Origin: Candidatus Woesearchaeota archaeon
Lineage (GTDB): Archaea > Nanobdellota > Nanobdellia > Pacearchaeales > UBA284
Assembly (NCBI GenBank): GCA_964354405.1
Contig: CAYGZP010000001.1
Span: forward strand, 382,570-406,569
Reading direction: 5' to 3'
Length of the DNA stretch: 24,000 bases
The notes under the pieces were generated by a model. That model worked only from the letters and a program-made list of their open reading frames with translations. It searched no databases and had not been told where the DNA came from. A program made the position numbers and the translations under genes. Below, piece by piece: positions 12,520 to 21,841 of the stretch (position 1 is its first letter; every line of letters starts with the position of its first letter).

Positions 12520-12900
12520 ATGGAAACGACTGATTTGTGGGACTTTAGAAAAATGAAGGAAGAATGGCGTAAAGAAGAAATGAAAGAACTATCTAAGCAA
12601 AATGCACAGAATACAAGTGCAATGGCTATACAACTTGAGAGACAAACGATTATGCAGGATGAAATAACTAAAATTCAAACACAACAAACGAAGCTTACAA
12701 GGGCATTAGTTCTTTTTACTGGATTTTTGGTTGCAGCAACGATAATAGCTGCTGGAATGAATTATGCTGTTGTTCTTCGTGCCGCAAAGATGCTAACTAC
12801 TGCAGATAGTATAGCGCTTATAACTGCTACAATAGGGATTATAATATTATTAGTAGGAAGTTATCAACTTTTGATTAGATATGGAAACAAAAAGATTTAA
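12520..12900 (+). CDS. Hypothetical membrane protein (coiled-coil N-terminus, 2 TM helices)
   Basis: 126-aa ORF and the first gene of a same-strand, AT-rich cluster. Confidence 0.5.
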   Translation: METTDLWDFRKMKEEWRKEEMKELSKQNAQNTSAMAIQLERQTIMQDEITKIQTQQTKLTRALVLFTGFLVAATIIAAGMNYAVVLRAAKMLTTADSIALITATIGIIILLVGSYQLLIRYGNKKI

Positions 12901-12912
12901 AGAATAGATAAA

Positions 12913-13128
12913 ATGGGATTTTGCGAATGGTTATGTGGTTGGGAAAAAATAGAATATATACCTAACTGGCTTGAAAGAGCGTTTGGAAAGGCATTTAATA
13001 GAGCGGGATACAATCATAGATATTATTTTAGAGGAAAAACATTTAGATATCAGGCAGTTGTAACTAATCCTAAATATCAAGGACATATACCTGTAACTTT
13101 TTATAAAAAACTTAGGAAGAAAAAATGA
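12913..13128 (+). CDS. Hypothetical small basic protein
   Basis: 71 aa. Its stop overlaps the next start (ATGA at 13125-13128). Confidence 0.45.
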   Translation: MGFCEWLCGWEKIEYIPNWLERAFGKAFNRAGYNHRYYFRGKTFRYQAVVTNPKYQGHIPVTFYKKLRKKK

Positions 13129-13310
13129 AAAAACCTATATCAAAGGAAGAATTAAAGGAAATTGTTCAGGACTCCATAAAAGAAGTGCAAAGACAACAAG
13201 TAAAAGAGGCTCTAAAAATTGGAGCTTATTGTGTTTATTCTTCGAAAGAATTAAAAGAACTCGGTTTTACACCAAAAGAAATTAAACAAATAAAAGAGAG
13301 GAGAAAATGA
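13125..13310 (+). CDS. Hypothetical small K/E-rich helical protein
   Basis: 61 aa, with ATGA overlaps at both ends. Confidence 0.45.
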   Translation: MKKPISKEELKEIVQDSIKEVQRQQVKEALKIGAYCVYSSKELKELGFTPKEIKQIKERRK

Positions 13311-13525
13311 AGTGGCGATACGTAATAGGAACTCTTGCATGGTTAGCAGGGATATATGGATTGAAAGGTACAAGATTTGGAGATGAACAAAATATAGCTT
13401 CCTGGCTTCTTATTGTTGTTGGTATCTTACTTATATTTTGGAATTCATCATATAAAACAATCGGGAATATAGCCTATAAAATTAGAGATTTCTTTAAGAA
13501 AATATGGAAATGTTTTCAAAAATGA
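13307..13525 (+). CDS. Hypothetical small membrane protein (2 TM helices)
   Basis: 72 aa, with an ATGA overlap to the previous gene. Confidence 0.45.
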   Translation: MKWRYVIGTLAWLAGIYGLKGTRFGDEQNIASWLLIVVGILLIFWNSSYKTIGNIAYKIRDFFKKIWKCFQK

Positions 13526-13929
13526 AAAAGAAAATATGGGATTTATTTAAGAAGAGAAAAGGTAGAGATATTGGGTTCTTCATTCATATAGAAAATAAAA
13601 TTCCTTATACGGAAAGAAGAGAAAAAGTTGGAAATTATATAAAGGATTTAATTAATCAATTTTATGAACATGTTGCTGTTCAATACTTTCATGAAGGAAA
13701 AGAGAACTGTTTAACAGGTGTAAGGGTTGTTGGTGGTAATGCTAGGTTTAAGTATAGTGAACAGGAACAAATTGTTAGGCACATTTTATATAAATTAACT
13801 ATATTCTTTATTAATAATAAAATAAAGTTTGATGAAAATTCAATAGAGTTCTATACTCCTCAACCCTTTAAGGAAGAAGTAACAAAATTCGCTATGGAGA
13901 CGGCAGAAGCAATCTCTAAGAAAAAATAA
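13522..13929 (+). CDS. Hypothetical protein
   Basis: I prefer the start at 13522 (MKKKIWDLF...) because it forms a third ATGA stop/start overlap (13522-13525). The track start at 13504 is also possible. Confidence 0.45.
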   Translation: MKKKIWDLFKKRKGRDIGFFIHIENKIPYTERREKVGNYIKDLINQFYEHVAVQYFHEGKENCLTGVRVVGGNARFKYSEQEQIVRHILYKLTIFFINNKIKFDENSIEFYTPQPFKEEVTKFAMETAEAISKKK

Positions 13930-13999
13930 GTCAATTTCCTAGATTGAAGAAGTCTTAAAGAAGAAAAAGGTTTAAATCTTATAATTTGCTTGGTTTAAT

Positions 14000-14500
14000 A
14001 TGGATTGGGCTATATTGTTATATATTCTTTTCATTATAAGTTGTATTATTCTATACATTTTCTATTGTAGAAAACTGGTTAAGATAGCTAAGGATTTGGG
14101 AATAAAAGATAACCTTTGGTTAATATATATTCCTTTTGTCCAAAATTATTTGATTTCAAAAATGGCAGATTTCCCCCTATGGACATTTATAATTTCTCTA
14201 TTCTTTTTTATGCCCTTTGTAAATCTAATTGGTTACTTTTGGTATTATAAAATAGTTAAGAAATATGATGATAGTGGTTTGTGGTGTTTAGCCTTTTGGA
14301 TATGGGTGTTTAGTATGGACTTAAAAGAAGAAAGGAAATTAAGAGTAAAAGAAGAAAAGGAAAGAATAGAATATTATCAAAAAAATAAAAAGTTGATTGA
14401 AAAGAAAGAAGATAATGATTTTCGTAGATTTCTAAAATGGGGAGCGATAATATTGGGGTTTTTAATTCTTTTAGCAATCATTAAAAAAATACTTGGGTAA
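14000..14500 (+). CDS. Hypothetical multi-pass membrane protein
   Basis: 166 aa with about 4 hydrophobic helices and a K/E-rich loop. GGTTTAAATC lies about 26 nt upstream. Confidence 0.5.
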   Translation: MDWAILLYILFIISCIILYIFYCRKLVKIAKDLGIKDNLWLIYIPFVQNYLISKMADFPLWTFIISLFFFMPFVNLIGYFWYYKIVKKYDDSGLWCLAFWIWVFSMDLKEERKLRVKEEKERIEYYQKNKKLIEKKEDNDFRRFLKWGAIILGFLILLAIIKKILG

Positions 14501-14550
14501 TAAAAAAGCAAGAAAGAAGAAAAAATGAATTATGTTGAAGATTAGATAAA

Positions 14551-14844
14551 ATGGCAAAAGATAAGAATAATATTAAAAATGCACTTGTAATCTTTGTTCT
14601 AGTTCTAGCTGGTTTAGCTCTTTTTGGGTTTTCAGCAAGACAAATTGATATAATCGCTCAATGGGGCATTTCGATAATTATTGGAATGATTTTAGGTGTT
14701 TTATCTGGACAGATTGTTGAAACATTCACAGGAGATATTCTTAAAAAAATATCTCTTTCCTTTGAGATTAGGGGCATCGATTTTTCAATAACTTTATTTG
14801 TGATAGTTGCTTTTCTTGTAAAACTAATTATATTTGGATTGTAA
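14551..14844 (+). CDS. Hypothetical membrane protein (3 TM helices)
   Basis: 97-aa hydrophobic ORF. Confidence 0.45.
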   Translation: MAKDKNNIKNALVIFVLVLAGLALFGFSARQIDIIAQWGISIIIGMILGVLSGQIVETFTGDILKKISLSFEIRGIDFSITLFVIVAFLVKLIIFGL

Positions 14845-14870
14845 AAAAGTTCTGAAACAAAAATTGGAAA

Positions 14871-15167
14871 ATGAGAATAAAAGTTAAAAAAGTTAAAAGT
14901 GTTTTTGGAAAAGCAACAGGTTTAATGTTTTCTAAACCTCACAATTTAATATTTATCTTCAAGGACGAGAGAAAAAGAAGCTTACATATGCTTTTTGTTT
15001 TCTTTTCTATAGATGTTTTGTTCCTTGATTCAAAAAAGAAAGTTGTTGAGCGAGCAACATTAAAACCTTTCTCTCTCTATACATCAAAGAAAAAAGCGCG
15101 ATATGTCATAGAATTAAGAAAAGGACAAGCGAAAAAAATCAAAATTGGCGCGAAAATAGAATTTTAA
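14871..15167 (+). CDS. DUF192-family protein
   Basis: GKATGLMFSK...LIFIF...HMLFVFFSIDVLFLDSKKKVVE...ARYVIELRKGQAKKIKIGAKIEF follows the DUF192/COG1430 pattern (GLM...f.f...w M...pLD..F.d..g.V......a.yvLEl..G......G). Confidence 0.6.
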   Translation: MRIKVKKVKSVFGKATGLMFSKPHNLIFIFKDERKRSLHMLFVFFSIDVLFLDSKKKVVERATLKPFSLYTSKKKARYVIELRKGQAKKIKIGAKIEF

Positions 15168-15677
15168 TTATTTCTTGTTTCCTTTCTGAAAGCTTAGGAA
15201 ATCGCCCAAATTTTCATCTTTGCTTTCAAGAATCTTGCCACTGAAACAGTCGACATGTAATCTTAGGATTTTCAGGCAATCCATCAGACAAGTTACATTC
15301 CACAGCTGAACATTTTTTATTTTCTGCAGCACAGCAAATATCTTGTTTATGTTGAATTCTGTAAGCGATTTCTTCTTGATATCGCCCTCAATTATCTTCT
15401 TCAATTTCTCAATATCAATCTTAATTTTCTCATCTAACGCACTCAGCTCGCTTTTTGAGTCAATTTTGTCTGTCTTCTGCTCAACTCCATCATCGTTTAC
15501 AAGAAATGTTGCAACTTTATTTTTATTGATGCTGTAATCCAGCTGCTGTGTTTCAACCTCGAGTTTAGAATTAAGCATAAAGAAAGCGCTGAACAAGAAA
15601 GCACTTTTGTTCTTTGCCTTGAAATGTTTGAATTCCTTGCTGCCTCGCAGAATTTTCAAAGAATTTTGAAATGACAT
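15168..15677 (-). CDS. Hypothetical protein
   Basis: 169-aa ORF with no recognised motif. It lies between DUF192 and thrS. Confidence 0.45.
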   Translation of the reverse strand: MSFQNSLKILRGSKEFKHFKAKNKSAFLFSAFFMLNSKLEVETQQLDYSINKNKVATFLVNDDGVEQKTDKIDSKSELSALDEKIKIDIEKLKKIIEGDIKKKSLTEFNINKIFAVLQKIKNVQLWNVTCLMDCLKILRLHVDCFSGKILESKDENLGDFLSFQKGNKK

Positions 15678-15711
15678 TATGATATTTTAAGATATGAAAA
15701 ACCTCTGTTCT

Positions 15712-17433
15712 CTACAGTTCTCGCTTTTCAATTTTTTCTTTAATTTCTTTTATAAATTTCTCTAGCTTGACTCCGAACTCTGGTTTCTTGCCTCTTGCGC
15801 GCACAGCTAAAGTCCCTTGCTTCTCTTCTTTATCACCTATGACAATTATGTAAGGGATTTTTTGGATTAAATCAGCCTCACGCACTTTATAATCAACTGT
15901 GCTGTCCTTGAAATCAGAGTCAACTCTCAAGCCTTCTTTCTCCAGAGCTTTCACAATTTTTTCAGCTGCTTTCACATTTCTCTCTGTGAATGACAAGACG
16001 CGTACTTGTACTGGAGCAAGCCATATAGGCAGATTACCATTCAAATGCTCAAGCAACACCCCTATAAAGCGCTCTATCGAACCATATATTGCCCTGTGAA
16101 GCATGATTGGCCTCTGTTTTTGATTATTCTCATCAGTATAAGTCAAATCAAACCGCTCTGGCATTGCGAAATCGAGTTGGATTGTAGCGCACTGCCACAT
16201 CCTTCCAAGAGAATCTTTCATTGAGTAATCTATCTTCGGTCCGTAAAATGCGCCAGCTCCTTTGCTCAATTTGAACTTAATCTTGTTTTTCTTCAGAACT
16301 TTTTCCAATATTTTCTCGCCCTTGTCCCACATCTCATCGCTTCCAATCCTTTTCTCAGGCTTCAAGGATAATTCAATGCTTATTTCGAACTTGAATGGTT
16401 TGTAAAGTATATTTATCAATTCTATAACTTTTTCTATCTCGCTTTCGATTTGTTTTTCTGTGCAATAAACATGTGCATCGTCTTGTGTGAATTGAATAAC
16501 TCGGAACAATCCTCCTAAAACTCCGCTAAGCTCTTGTCTATGAACAGTTCCCAGTTCGCCAACCCGCAAAGGCAATTCTTTATAGCTTCTCGGCCGGGTT
16601 TTGTAAACGAGAATGCCTCCTGGACAGTTCATCGGCTTTACTACAAAATCTCTATCTTCATATTTTGTCAAGAAAATACTCTCGCGATACTTTTCCCAGT
16701 GTCCTGAAATCTTCCATAATCGCGAGTCCATGATTTGTGGAGTAGAGATTTCCTGATAGCCCGCTTTCTGATGCTCCTCGCGCCAGAATTTCAAAAGTTC
16801 TTGATAAATTATCCACCCGTTCTTGTGCCAGAACACCATCCCTGGCGCGACTTCATTGAATGAGAATAAATCTAATCTCTGTCCAATGATTCTATGATCA
16901 TTCTCTTTTAGCTTGCTTGTGTCAAGTTGAGTTTTAGAAATCTGGTTCAAAAGTTGTTTGTAATCATATTTTTCTTCCTTTGCCACAATCTTGTTCTTTT
17001 CTTCTGCTTTTCCTTCTGCGCCGAACTGTCGCGAGAGCTCGCTCAATGGATGTCCTTTGCATTTAAGCTCGAATTCTTTATACCATCCAAAAGGCGCTCT
17101 TGTAACAGAAAATTTTTCCTTGATGAGAGCTTTTTCGCCTTCTTCCAAGACTTCCAGCGCGCTCGCCGGCTTTGAAGGTGAGTTAGTTAAATGGACATAA
17201 GGATATAACACTATAGTTTTGCATTTGACTTGTGACGCGATGTCCTTGATATTATTCACAAGTTCCTTTGCTATAGCAGTCTCGTGCCCTTCATCCTGCT
17301 TCTCGACAGCGCTCAAGACAACTAAGCACTCTTTGACAACATGCTCTTTGGCAGCGATGTCTTCAGGCTCCTTGAGTGCTTTCTTGACTGGCTTGAACTT
17401 TATGTAGTCGCAATGCAGAGTCAATATTTTCAT
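15712..17433 (-). CDS. thrS: Threonyl-tRNA synthetase (archaeal type with N-terminal editing domain)
   Basis: MKILTLHCDYIKFKPVKKALKEPE is an archaeal editing-domain start. The class II core shows FWHKNGWIIYQELLKFWREEHQKAGYQEISTPQI, HRQELSGVLGGLFRVIQFTQDDAHVYC and YGPKIDY...QCATIQLDF. A C-terminal anticodon-binding domain follows. GAGGAG lies upstream of the ATG. Confidence 0.93.
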   Translation of the reverse strand: MKILTLHCDYIKFKPVKKALKEPEDIAAKEHVVKECLVVLSAVEKQDEGHETAIAKELVNNIKDIASQVKCKTIVLYPYVHLTNSPSKPASALEVLEEGEKALIKEKFSVTRAPFGWYKEFELKCKGHPLSELSRQFGAEGKAEEKNKIVAKEEKYDYKQLLNQISKTQLDTSKLKENDHRIIGQRLDLFSFNEVAPGMVFWHKNGWIIYQELLKFWREEHQKAGYQEISTPQIMDSRLWKISGHWEKYRESIFLTKYEDRDFVVKPMNCPGGILVYKTRPRSYKELPLRVGELGTVHRQELSGVLGGLFRVIQFTQDDAHVYCTEKQIESEIEKVIELINILYKPFKFEISIELSLKPEKRIGSDEMWDKGEKILEKVLKKNKIKFKLSKGAGAFYGPKIDYSMKDSLGRMWQCATIQLDFAMPERFDLTYTDENNQKQRPIMLHRAIYGSIERFIGVLLEHLNGNLPIWLAPVQVRVLSFTERNVKAAEKIVKALEKEGLRVDSDFKDSTVDYKVREADLIQKIPYIIVIGDKEEKQGTLAVRARGKKPEFGVKLEKFIKEIKEKIEKREL

Positions 17434-17507
17434 TTTAAACTCCTCTTTACTTAGAACTAAAGATAAAAGAGATTTATAAAATTAACTTATTGTCTCGAGT
17501 TTCCTGC

Positions 17508-18566
17508 TCAATCTTTGAACGAGCCTATTTCGACTTGCCTTTTGCCGCCGTCCATGTCAGTTCCTATCCTCAAGATTCCTTCAGGAATCCTCTGCCACTC
17601 CGAAGGGTCGCCGCCCACGTTTGTATATATAAGATAAGGCACGAATGCTGTGTCAGGAGTATATCTAGTCACTCTTCGGGACGAGCTCGAGTTTCCGTTC
17701 AATATTTTTAACACAGTTTGATAATCTCCCCCCTTATACATCGGACAATTATAAGGATAACATATAGGAAAGTCTGCCAAATCAAACCATTGTTCTTTGT
17801 TTGAAGTTCCTCTCGTGATTAATCTCAACACGACAAAATCTAAATATCTGCTCTGCATATCGCTGATATCTTGCGGGCTCAATCTTTCAAAAGTCAAACC
17901 CGCCGCGCGCCACATATCGCTCCATTCTATTCTCTTGCGATATGCTTCATCAATTTTCCACTCCAAAGGACAATCATCGCTCGCAACCTTAACCCATTCA
18001 TCAATCCCATAAATATTTGGCCCTGCTTGCTCATCCTCGTACTGATTTTGGGTTTGTTCGTCTTGGGCTTGCGATTTTTCTCTTATATCAAAAAACAATT
18101 CTTCTCCAACCACCGATTGCTCTAAGAACTCTATTCCATCAGTTACTTTTCCAAAGACAGGGTCAGCACCATAGGGGTAATTTTCAAATAGCATAATGCA
18201 AGGATGCCCGAATGAATAATAATCTGGGGGGAGTACAAAATCTCCTTTTTTAGGTATTTTAATATTCTCCTGAAATCTCTCTGGATTTCCAAAATTATAT
18301 CTATAATCTGTTCTAAACGCTATTATTTGCGGTTTTTTAATTTCTACTTTAACTCCTTTGTAACATCCATTATTCCACGCAAATATAATTTCTCTAACAA
18401 TTTCTGGAGCTTCTTTTTCTAATAAATCTATTACTGCAGTACCTTTTTTTGTTTTAATTGTTAATTCTTTGTCAACACTAGGATTTAACAAATATTCAAG
18501 GTTTTCACCCCTACTCATTGCAAATCCAAATAATAAAGTAAACAATAATCTTTTAAAATTTCCCAT
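17508..18566 (-). CDS. Secreted hypothetical protein (weak cyclophilin-like N-terminal pattern)
   Basis: The N-terminus MGNFKRLLFTLLFGFAMS is signal-like. TKKGTAVIDLLEKEAPEIV...NNGCYKGV...VFGKVTDGIEFLEQ loosely recalls the PPIase cyclophilin consensus. This domain call is tentative. Confidence 0.5.
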   Translation of the reverse strand: MGNFKRLLFTLLFGFAMSRGENLEYLLNPSVDKELTIKTKKGTAVIDLLEKEAPEIVREIIFAWNNGCYKGVKVEIKKPQIIAFRTDYRYNFGNPERFQENIKIPKKGDFVLPPDYYSFGHPCIMLFENYPYGADPVFGKVTDGIEFLEQSVVGEELFFDIREKSQAQDEQTQNQYEDEQAGPNIYGIDEWVKVASDDCPLEWKIDEAYRKRIEWSDMWRAAGLTFERLSPQDISDMQSRYLDFVVLRLITRGTSNKEQWFDLADFPICYPYNCPMYKGGDYQTVLKILNGNSSSSRRVTRYTPDTAFVPYLIYTNVGGDPSEWQRIPEGILRIGTDMDGGKRQVEIGSFKD

Positions 18567-18685
18567 GTCATCTCAAGCCCCTACAAATTTATAAACTTTT
18601 ATATTATCGAGTATAATTAAGCACAAGTATATAGAAAAACACACAAAAAACTTTAAATACGATTAACTGTATCTAATTAATATAG

Positions 18686-20827
18686 ATGATAAGTAAAATG
18701 AAAAGCGCGGTTTTGTTTTTGTTTGTGGGTTTGATGGCTGTTTTGTCAATTAATTTGGCTTCTGCCACAATTATATTATCAGATATAAATCCGGTCTATA
18801 ATCTAGGGGATTCAATAAAAATTGATGCAAAAGTCTCTCAAGCTGGCGAGTTCCAGGGATTTTTCAGAATCTCGCTCAAATGCGATGTTACAGAATCACT
18901 GATGTATTTCTCTCCTTTAGAGCTTGAAGGCGAGAGAGTCAAGACAATCTCAATAAATTATCCTGTCACAACAACTGGCGCTTGCCATATAACCGCAATA
19001 TTAGAAGACAATCGCGGCAACGTCATAGAAGAAACCACAACTTCTCTGATTACTTTGAGCAACAAGATTGACATTGAATTGAAACTTAACAAACAAGAAT
19101 TTCCGCCTGAAGATACTTTAACGCTCACTGGCACAGCAACAAAAGAAAATGGACAACTCGCCCAAGGAATAGCAATAATCACTTTTGACAAAGAATACAG
19201 CACCCAAGTCTCAGGAGGCAAGTTCACATTTAATTTAAAACTTGAGCCAGATGTCACGCCAGGGGAAAGAGCAATCAATGTTGTAGTCAAAGATAACAGC
19301 AACAATTCAGGCAATGTCTCAACAACAGCAAAGATTCTCTCGATTCCAACTGCTTTAATCATAGAGACAAACCAAGAGAGTTTCATTCCCGATACATTAT
19401 TAATGATAACTCCTAAGCTTCTAGATCAGGCTTCAGGAATTTTAAAATCAACCGCAACAGTTAAACTTTCAAAACAAGTTTCTGTTCTTAAAACCGAGTT
19501 ATTGCTCGAGGAGCTCGTTGAGAGCGGCAACTCAACTTTCTATAGGATTACAAAATATACCGAGCCTGGAAACTATCTACTCGAGGCTTCTGCAGACAAG
19601 TTCAATGTTAAAAAAACAATTATAGTCGAGCGATATGAAAAGATAAGTGTTGACTTGAAAGACAGTATTCTTTACATCTCGAACATAGGAAATGTTCCAT
19701 TCAAACAGAAAATAGAGGTTGAGTTTCTCATCGAGGGGCAAAGCACCAAGAAGATTATAGATTTGGATTTGGACATCGGCGAGTTCAAGCAGTTCAGGCT
19801 CGAGGCTCCTAAAGGGACTTATGAGATTAAAGTCAACACAGGCAGCGAGATATTAGATTATTCTCAAGTTCCTTTGACTGGATTTGTTATTGCTACTGTG
19901 GAGCTCACTAAATCTCCTCGCTTGGATTTGAAATGGCTCATAGGGATAATTGTTCTTGTGGTTTTGCTGGCCATAGTCTTAATTTTCATAAAACTGCATA
20001 AATCAAAAAAAGTCAAACAAAACATAATCAAAATGGTTGAGGATAATAAGATTGTTTCCCAATCCCCAACAACCGGAGCAACAGGCACAGCGACAAAAAA
20101 ACCAGTTTATCTTGGACGCGCAGACAGTTTTTCATCGAGTGACACAACAACGAAGAAAATTTTTGAAAGACACTCGTCAAAACTTGCAGCAAGTTCAGTA
20201 GTTCCTGCTATAGTCTATGGAACTAAACAAGAGATTACAGCACTGTTCATACATCTTGGGATAAGCAGCTTGAATGACATCAAGAAAAAAGACCCTGTGA
20301 CTTATGCAAAGATTCTTGATGAGTATTTCGCAGGCATAGTGAGCAAGATAAAAGAGCATCAGGGAGTCGCGGATTTATATGGAAATGATTTGATTGTCTT
20401 GTTCAATGTCATTAAACAATATCGCCATGACACTGCAGCGCTAAAAACAGCAGAAGCCATAAAAAAAGTAACTGAGGAGCTTAATGTTGCTCTCGCGCCA
20501 AAAGGAATTTCAGTTGAAATCCGCGCAGGAATCAACACAGGCATGGCAAATGTGAGCTCAATACAGAATGAAACTGTCAAATACACTTCAATAGGCGATA
20601 CAACTTATCTCGCGAAAGCGCTCCAAGCTAAAGCGCTCACTAATGAGATTCTTTTCACCGAGACAATTTATGAGCGCGCGGCAAATGTCATCAAGGCAAA
20701 GAAGATGCAGCCTTACTATCTGAGCGAGCAACAAGCAATCAACATTTACTCGCTCGAGGATACTACTAAAGCCGAGCTTCGCGACAAGAACCAGTGGTAT
20801 ATCAGGCGAGCTCTAGGAAAAGCATAA
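18686..20827 (+). CDS. Single-pass receptor-like protein: signal peptide, beta-sandwich ectodomain, TM helix, degenerate class III nucleotidyl cyclase-homology domain
   Basis: The signal is MKSAVLFLFVGLMAVLSINLASA. The TM helix is WLIGIIVLVVLLAIVLIFI (about 19931-19990). The C-terminal ITALFIHLGISS...DPVTYAKILDEYF...KEHQGVADLYGNDLIVLFN...VEIRAGINTGMANV...YTSIGDTTYLAKALQAKA...ILFTETIY aligns by eye with the cyclase consensus vLFaDivGFT...gG.v.k.iGDa.mavFg...lriGihtG.v..G....r..ytviGdtVNlAsRle......ilvs..ty. Confidence 0.7.
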   Translation: MISKMKSAVLFLFVGLMAVLSINLASATIILSDINPVYNLGDSIKIDAKVSQAGEFQGFFRISLKCDVTESLMYFSPLELEGERVKTISINYPVTTTGACHITAILEDNRGNVIEETTTSLITLSNKIDIELKLNKQEFPPEDTLTLTGTATKENGQLAQGIAIITFDKEYSTQVSGGKFTFNLKLEPDVTPGERAINVVVKDNSNNSGNVSTTAKILSIPTALIIETNQESFIPDTLLMITPKLLDQASGILKSTATVKLSKQVSVLKTELLLEELVESGNSTFYRITKYTEPGNYLLEASADKFNVKKTIIVERYEKISVDLKDSILYISNIGNVPFKQKIEVEFLIEGQSTKKIIDLDLDIGEFKQFRLEAPKGTYEIKVNTGSEILDYSQVPLTGFVIATVELTKSPRLDLKWLIGIIVLVVLLAIVLIFIKLHKSKKVKQNIIKMVEDNKIVSQSPTTGATGTATKKPVYLGRADSFSSSDTTTKKIFERHSSKLAASSVVPAIVYGTKQEITALFIHLGISSLNDIKKKDPVTYAKILDEYFAGIVSKIKEHQGVADLYGNDLIVLFNVIKQYRHDTAALKTAEAIKKVTEELNVALAPKGISVEIRAGINTGMANVSSIQNETVKYTSIGDTTYLAKALQAKALTNEILFTETIYERAANVIKAKKMQPYYLSEQQAINIYSLEDTTKAELRDKNQWYIRRALGKA

Positions 20828-20903
20828 AAAGATAGATTAACTAAAATCACTAATCATATTATTATAAAATAAAAAAGAGAACAAATTGAAAGGAGGTAAA
20901 TAA

Positions 20904-21779
20904 ATGGAAAATCAGACTTTTTGGGCTTTTTTAGCCATAACATTTATTGTAGGCTTGACTTTAGGCATAGCAATCTATGGCTCATCGATCACAGGCCGCG
21001 CTTTCTTTGGCTTGTTCCCAGATGATACTGATGATGCAGCACAGTTTGGTTTGGGTAATCAGACAAATTGTATAGACAGCGACGGTGGAATCAACTTGCC
21101 TGTCAAGGGAACTTGCAATGATGATAGTGGGTACAAAACAGATGTTTGCTTGAACACAACTTATTTGAAAGAGTATTTCTGTGTTAATGCAACTTCTTGC
21201 AATTGGCACGTTTACAATTGTGCCCGATTCAATTACACCAGCTGTTACAACGGAGCTTGCACAAGAAACCAGACAACTGCAGCAGGAACATCAGGAACAG
21301 CAGGGGGAGCAACACCTGCAACAGTTCAAGAACAGGAGCAAGCAGCTTTAGGATGCACATATCAGGAAGTTTTGAATATGTTAAATCAGTGTACTATAAC
21401 CATAGCCAGAAATAATTCAAATGCTTCATGTAACAATGTATGCCAACAACAAAACAAAACATGTGTTCAGGCATATTCTTTTGATGAAATTTCAAAAGGG
21501 ACTTTACCTTATCAGTGTAATTGGATAGCAGAAACTGCGACTAATACAATGGTATGTAATTGTTGTTTGCCATCTGGCGAAGGCGTACAAGTTCAAGGAA
21601 CGCCTCGCTCGGGAAAATGTGAATCAAGGGTATTTTTTATGCCATGCACTCAAAGTAGTTGTAGAAATTATTGTGGGGGCAAATGCTATGCTCCGGGCGT
21701 GCAATGCTCAATAGGAGCTTCATGCGACGAAGATGTATGTTTCTGCGAGTGTACTGGTGGCGGAGCAGGATCTGGATAA
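20904..21779 (+). CDS. Cys-rich, N-glycosylation-sequon-rich membrane-anchored surface protein
   Basis: A strong SD (AAAGGAGGT) lies 8 nt upstream. The N-terminal TM helix is FWAFLAITFIVGLTLGIAIYG. I count about 27 Cys in 291 aa and at least 9 NxS/T sequons. It also has a CIDSDGG motif, a TAAGTSGTAGGATPAT linker and a C-terminal GGGAGSG. Confidence 0.65.
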   Translation: MENQTFWAFLAITFIVGLTLGIAIYGSSITGRAFFGLFPDDTDDAAQFGLGNQTNCIDSDGGINLPVKGTCNDDSGYKTDVCLNTTYLKEYFCVNATSCNWHVYNCARFNYTSCYNGACTRNQTTAAGTSGTAGGATPATVQEQEQAALGCTYQEVLNMLNQCTITIARNNSNASCNNVCQQQNKTCVQAYSFDEISKGTLPYQCNWIAETATNTMVCNCCLPSGEGVQVQGTPRSGKCESRVFFMPCTQSSCRNYCGGKCYAPGVQCSIGASCDEDVCFCECTGGGAGSG

Positions 21780-21841
21780 TTTTTTTCTCTTTTTCTTTAT
21801 TTTTTTAATTCTCTTAGAAGTCGCTATGCTCTTTATGCTCT

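Noticed and set aside
11312-17433. Functional link or regulatory coupling between the tRNA-Thr genes and thrS 4 kb away
   Set aside because: They are on different strands and separated by about 10 unrelated genes. No T-box-like or leader structure is visible upstream of thrS, only an SD and a TATA box.
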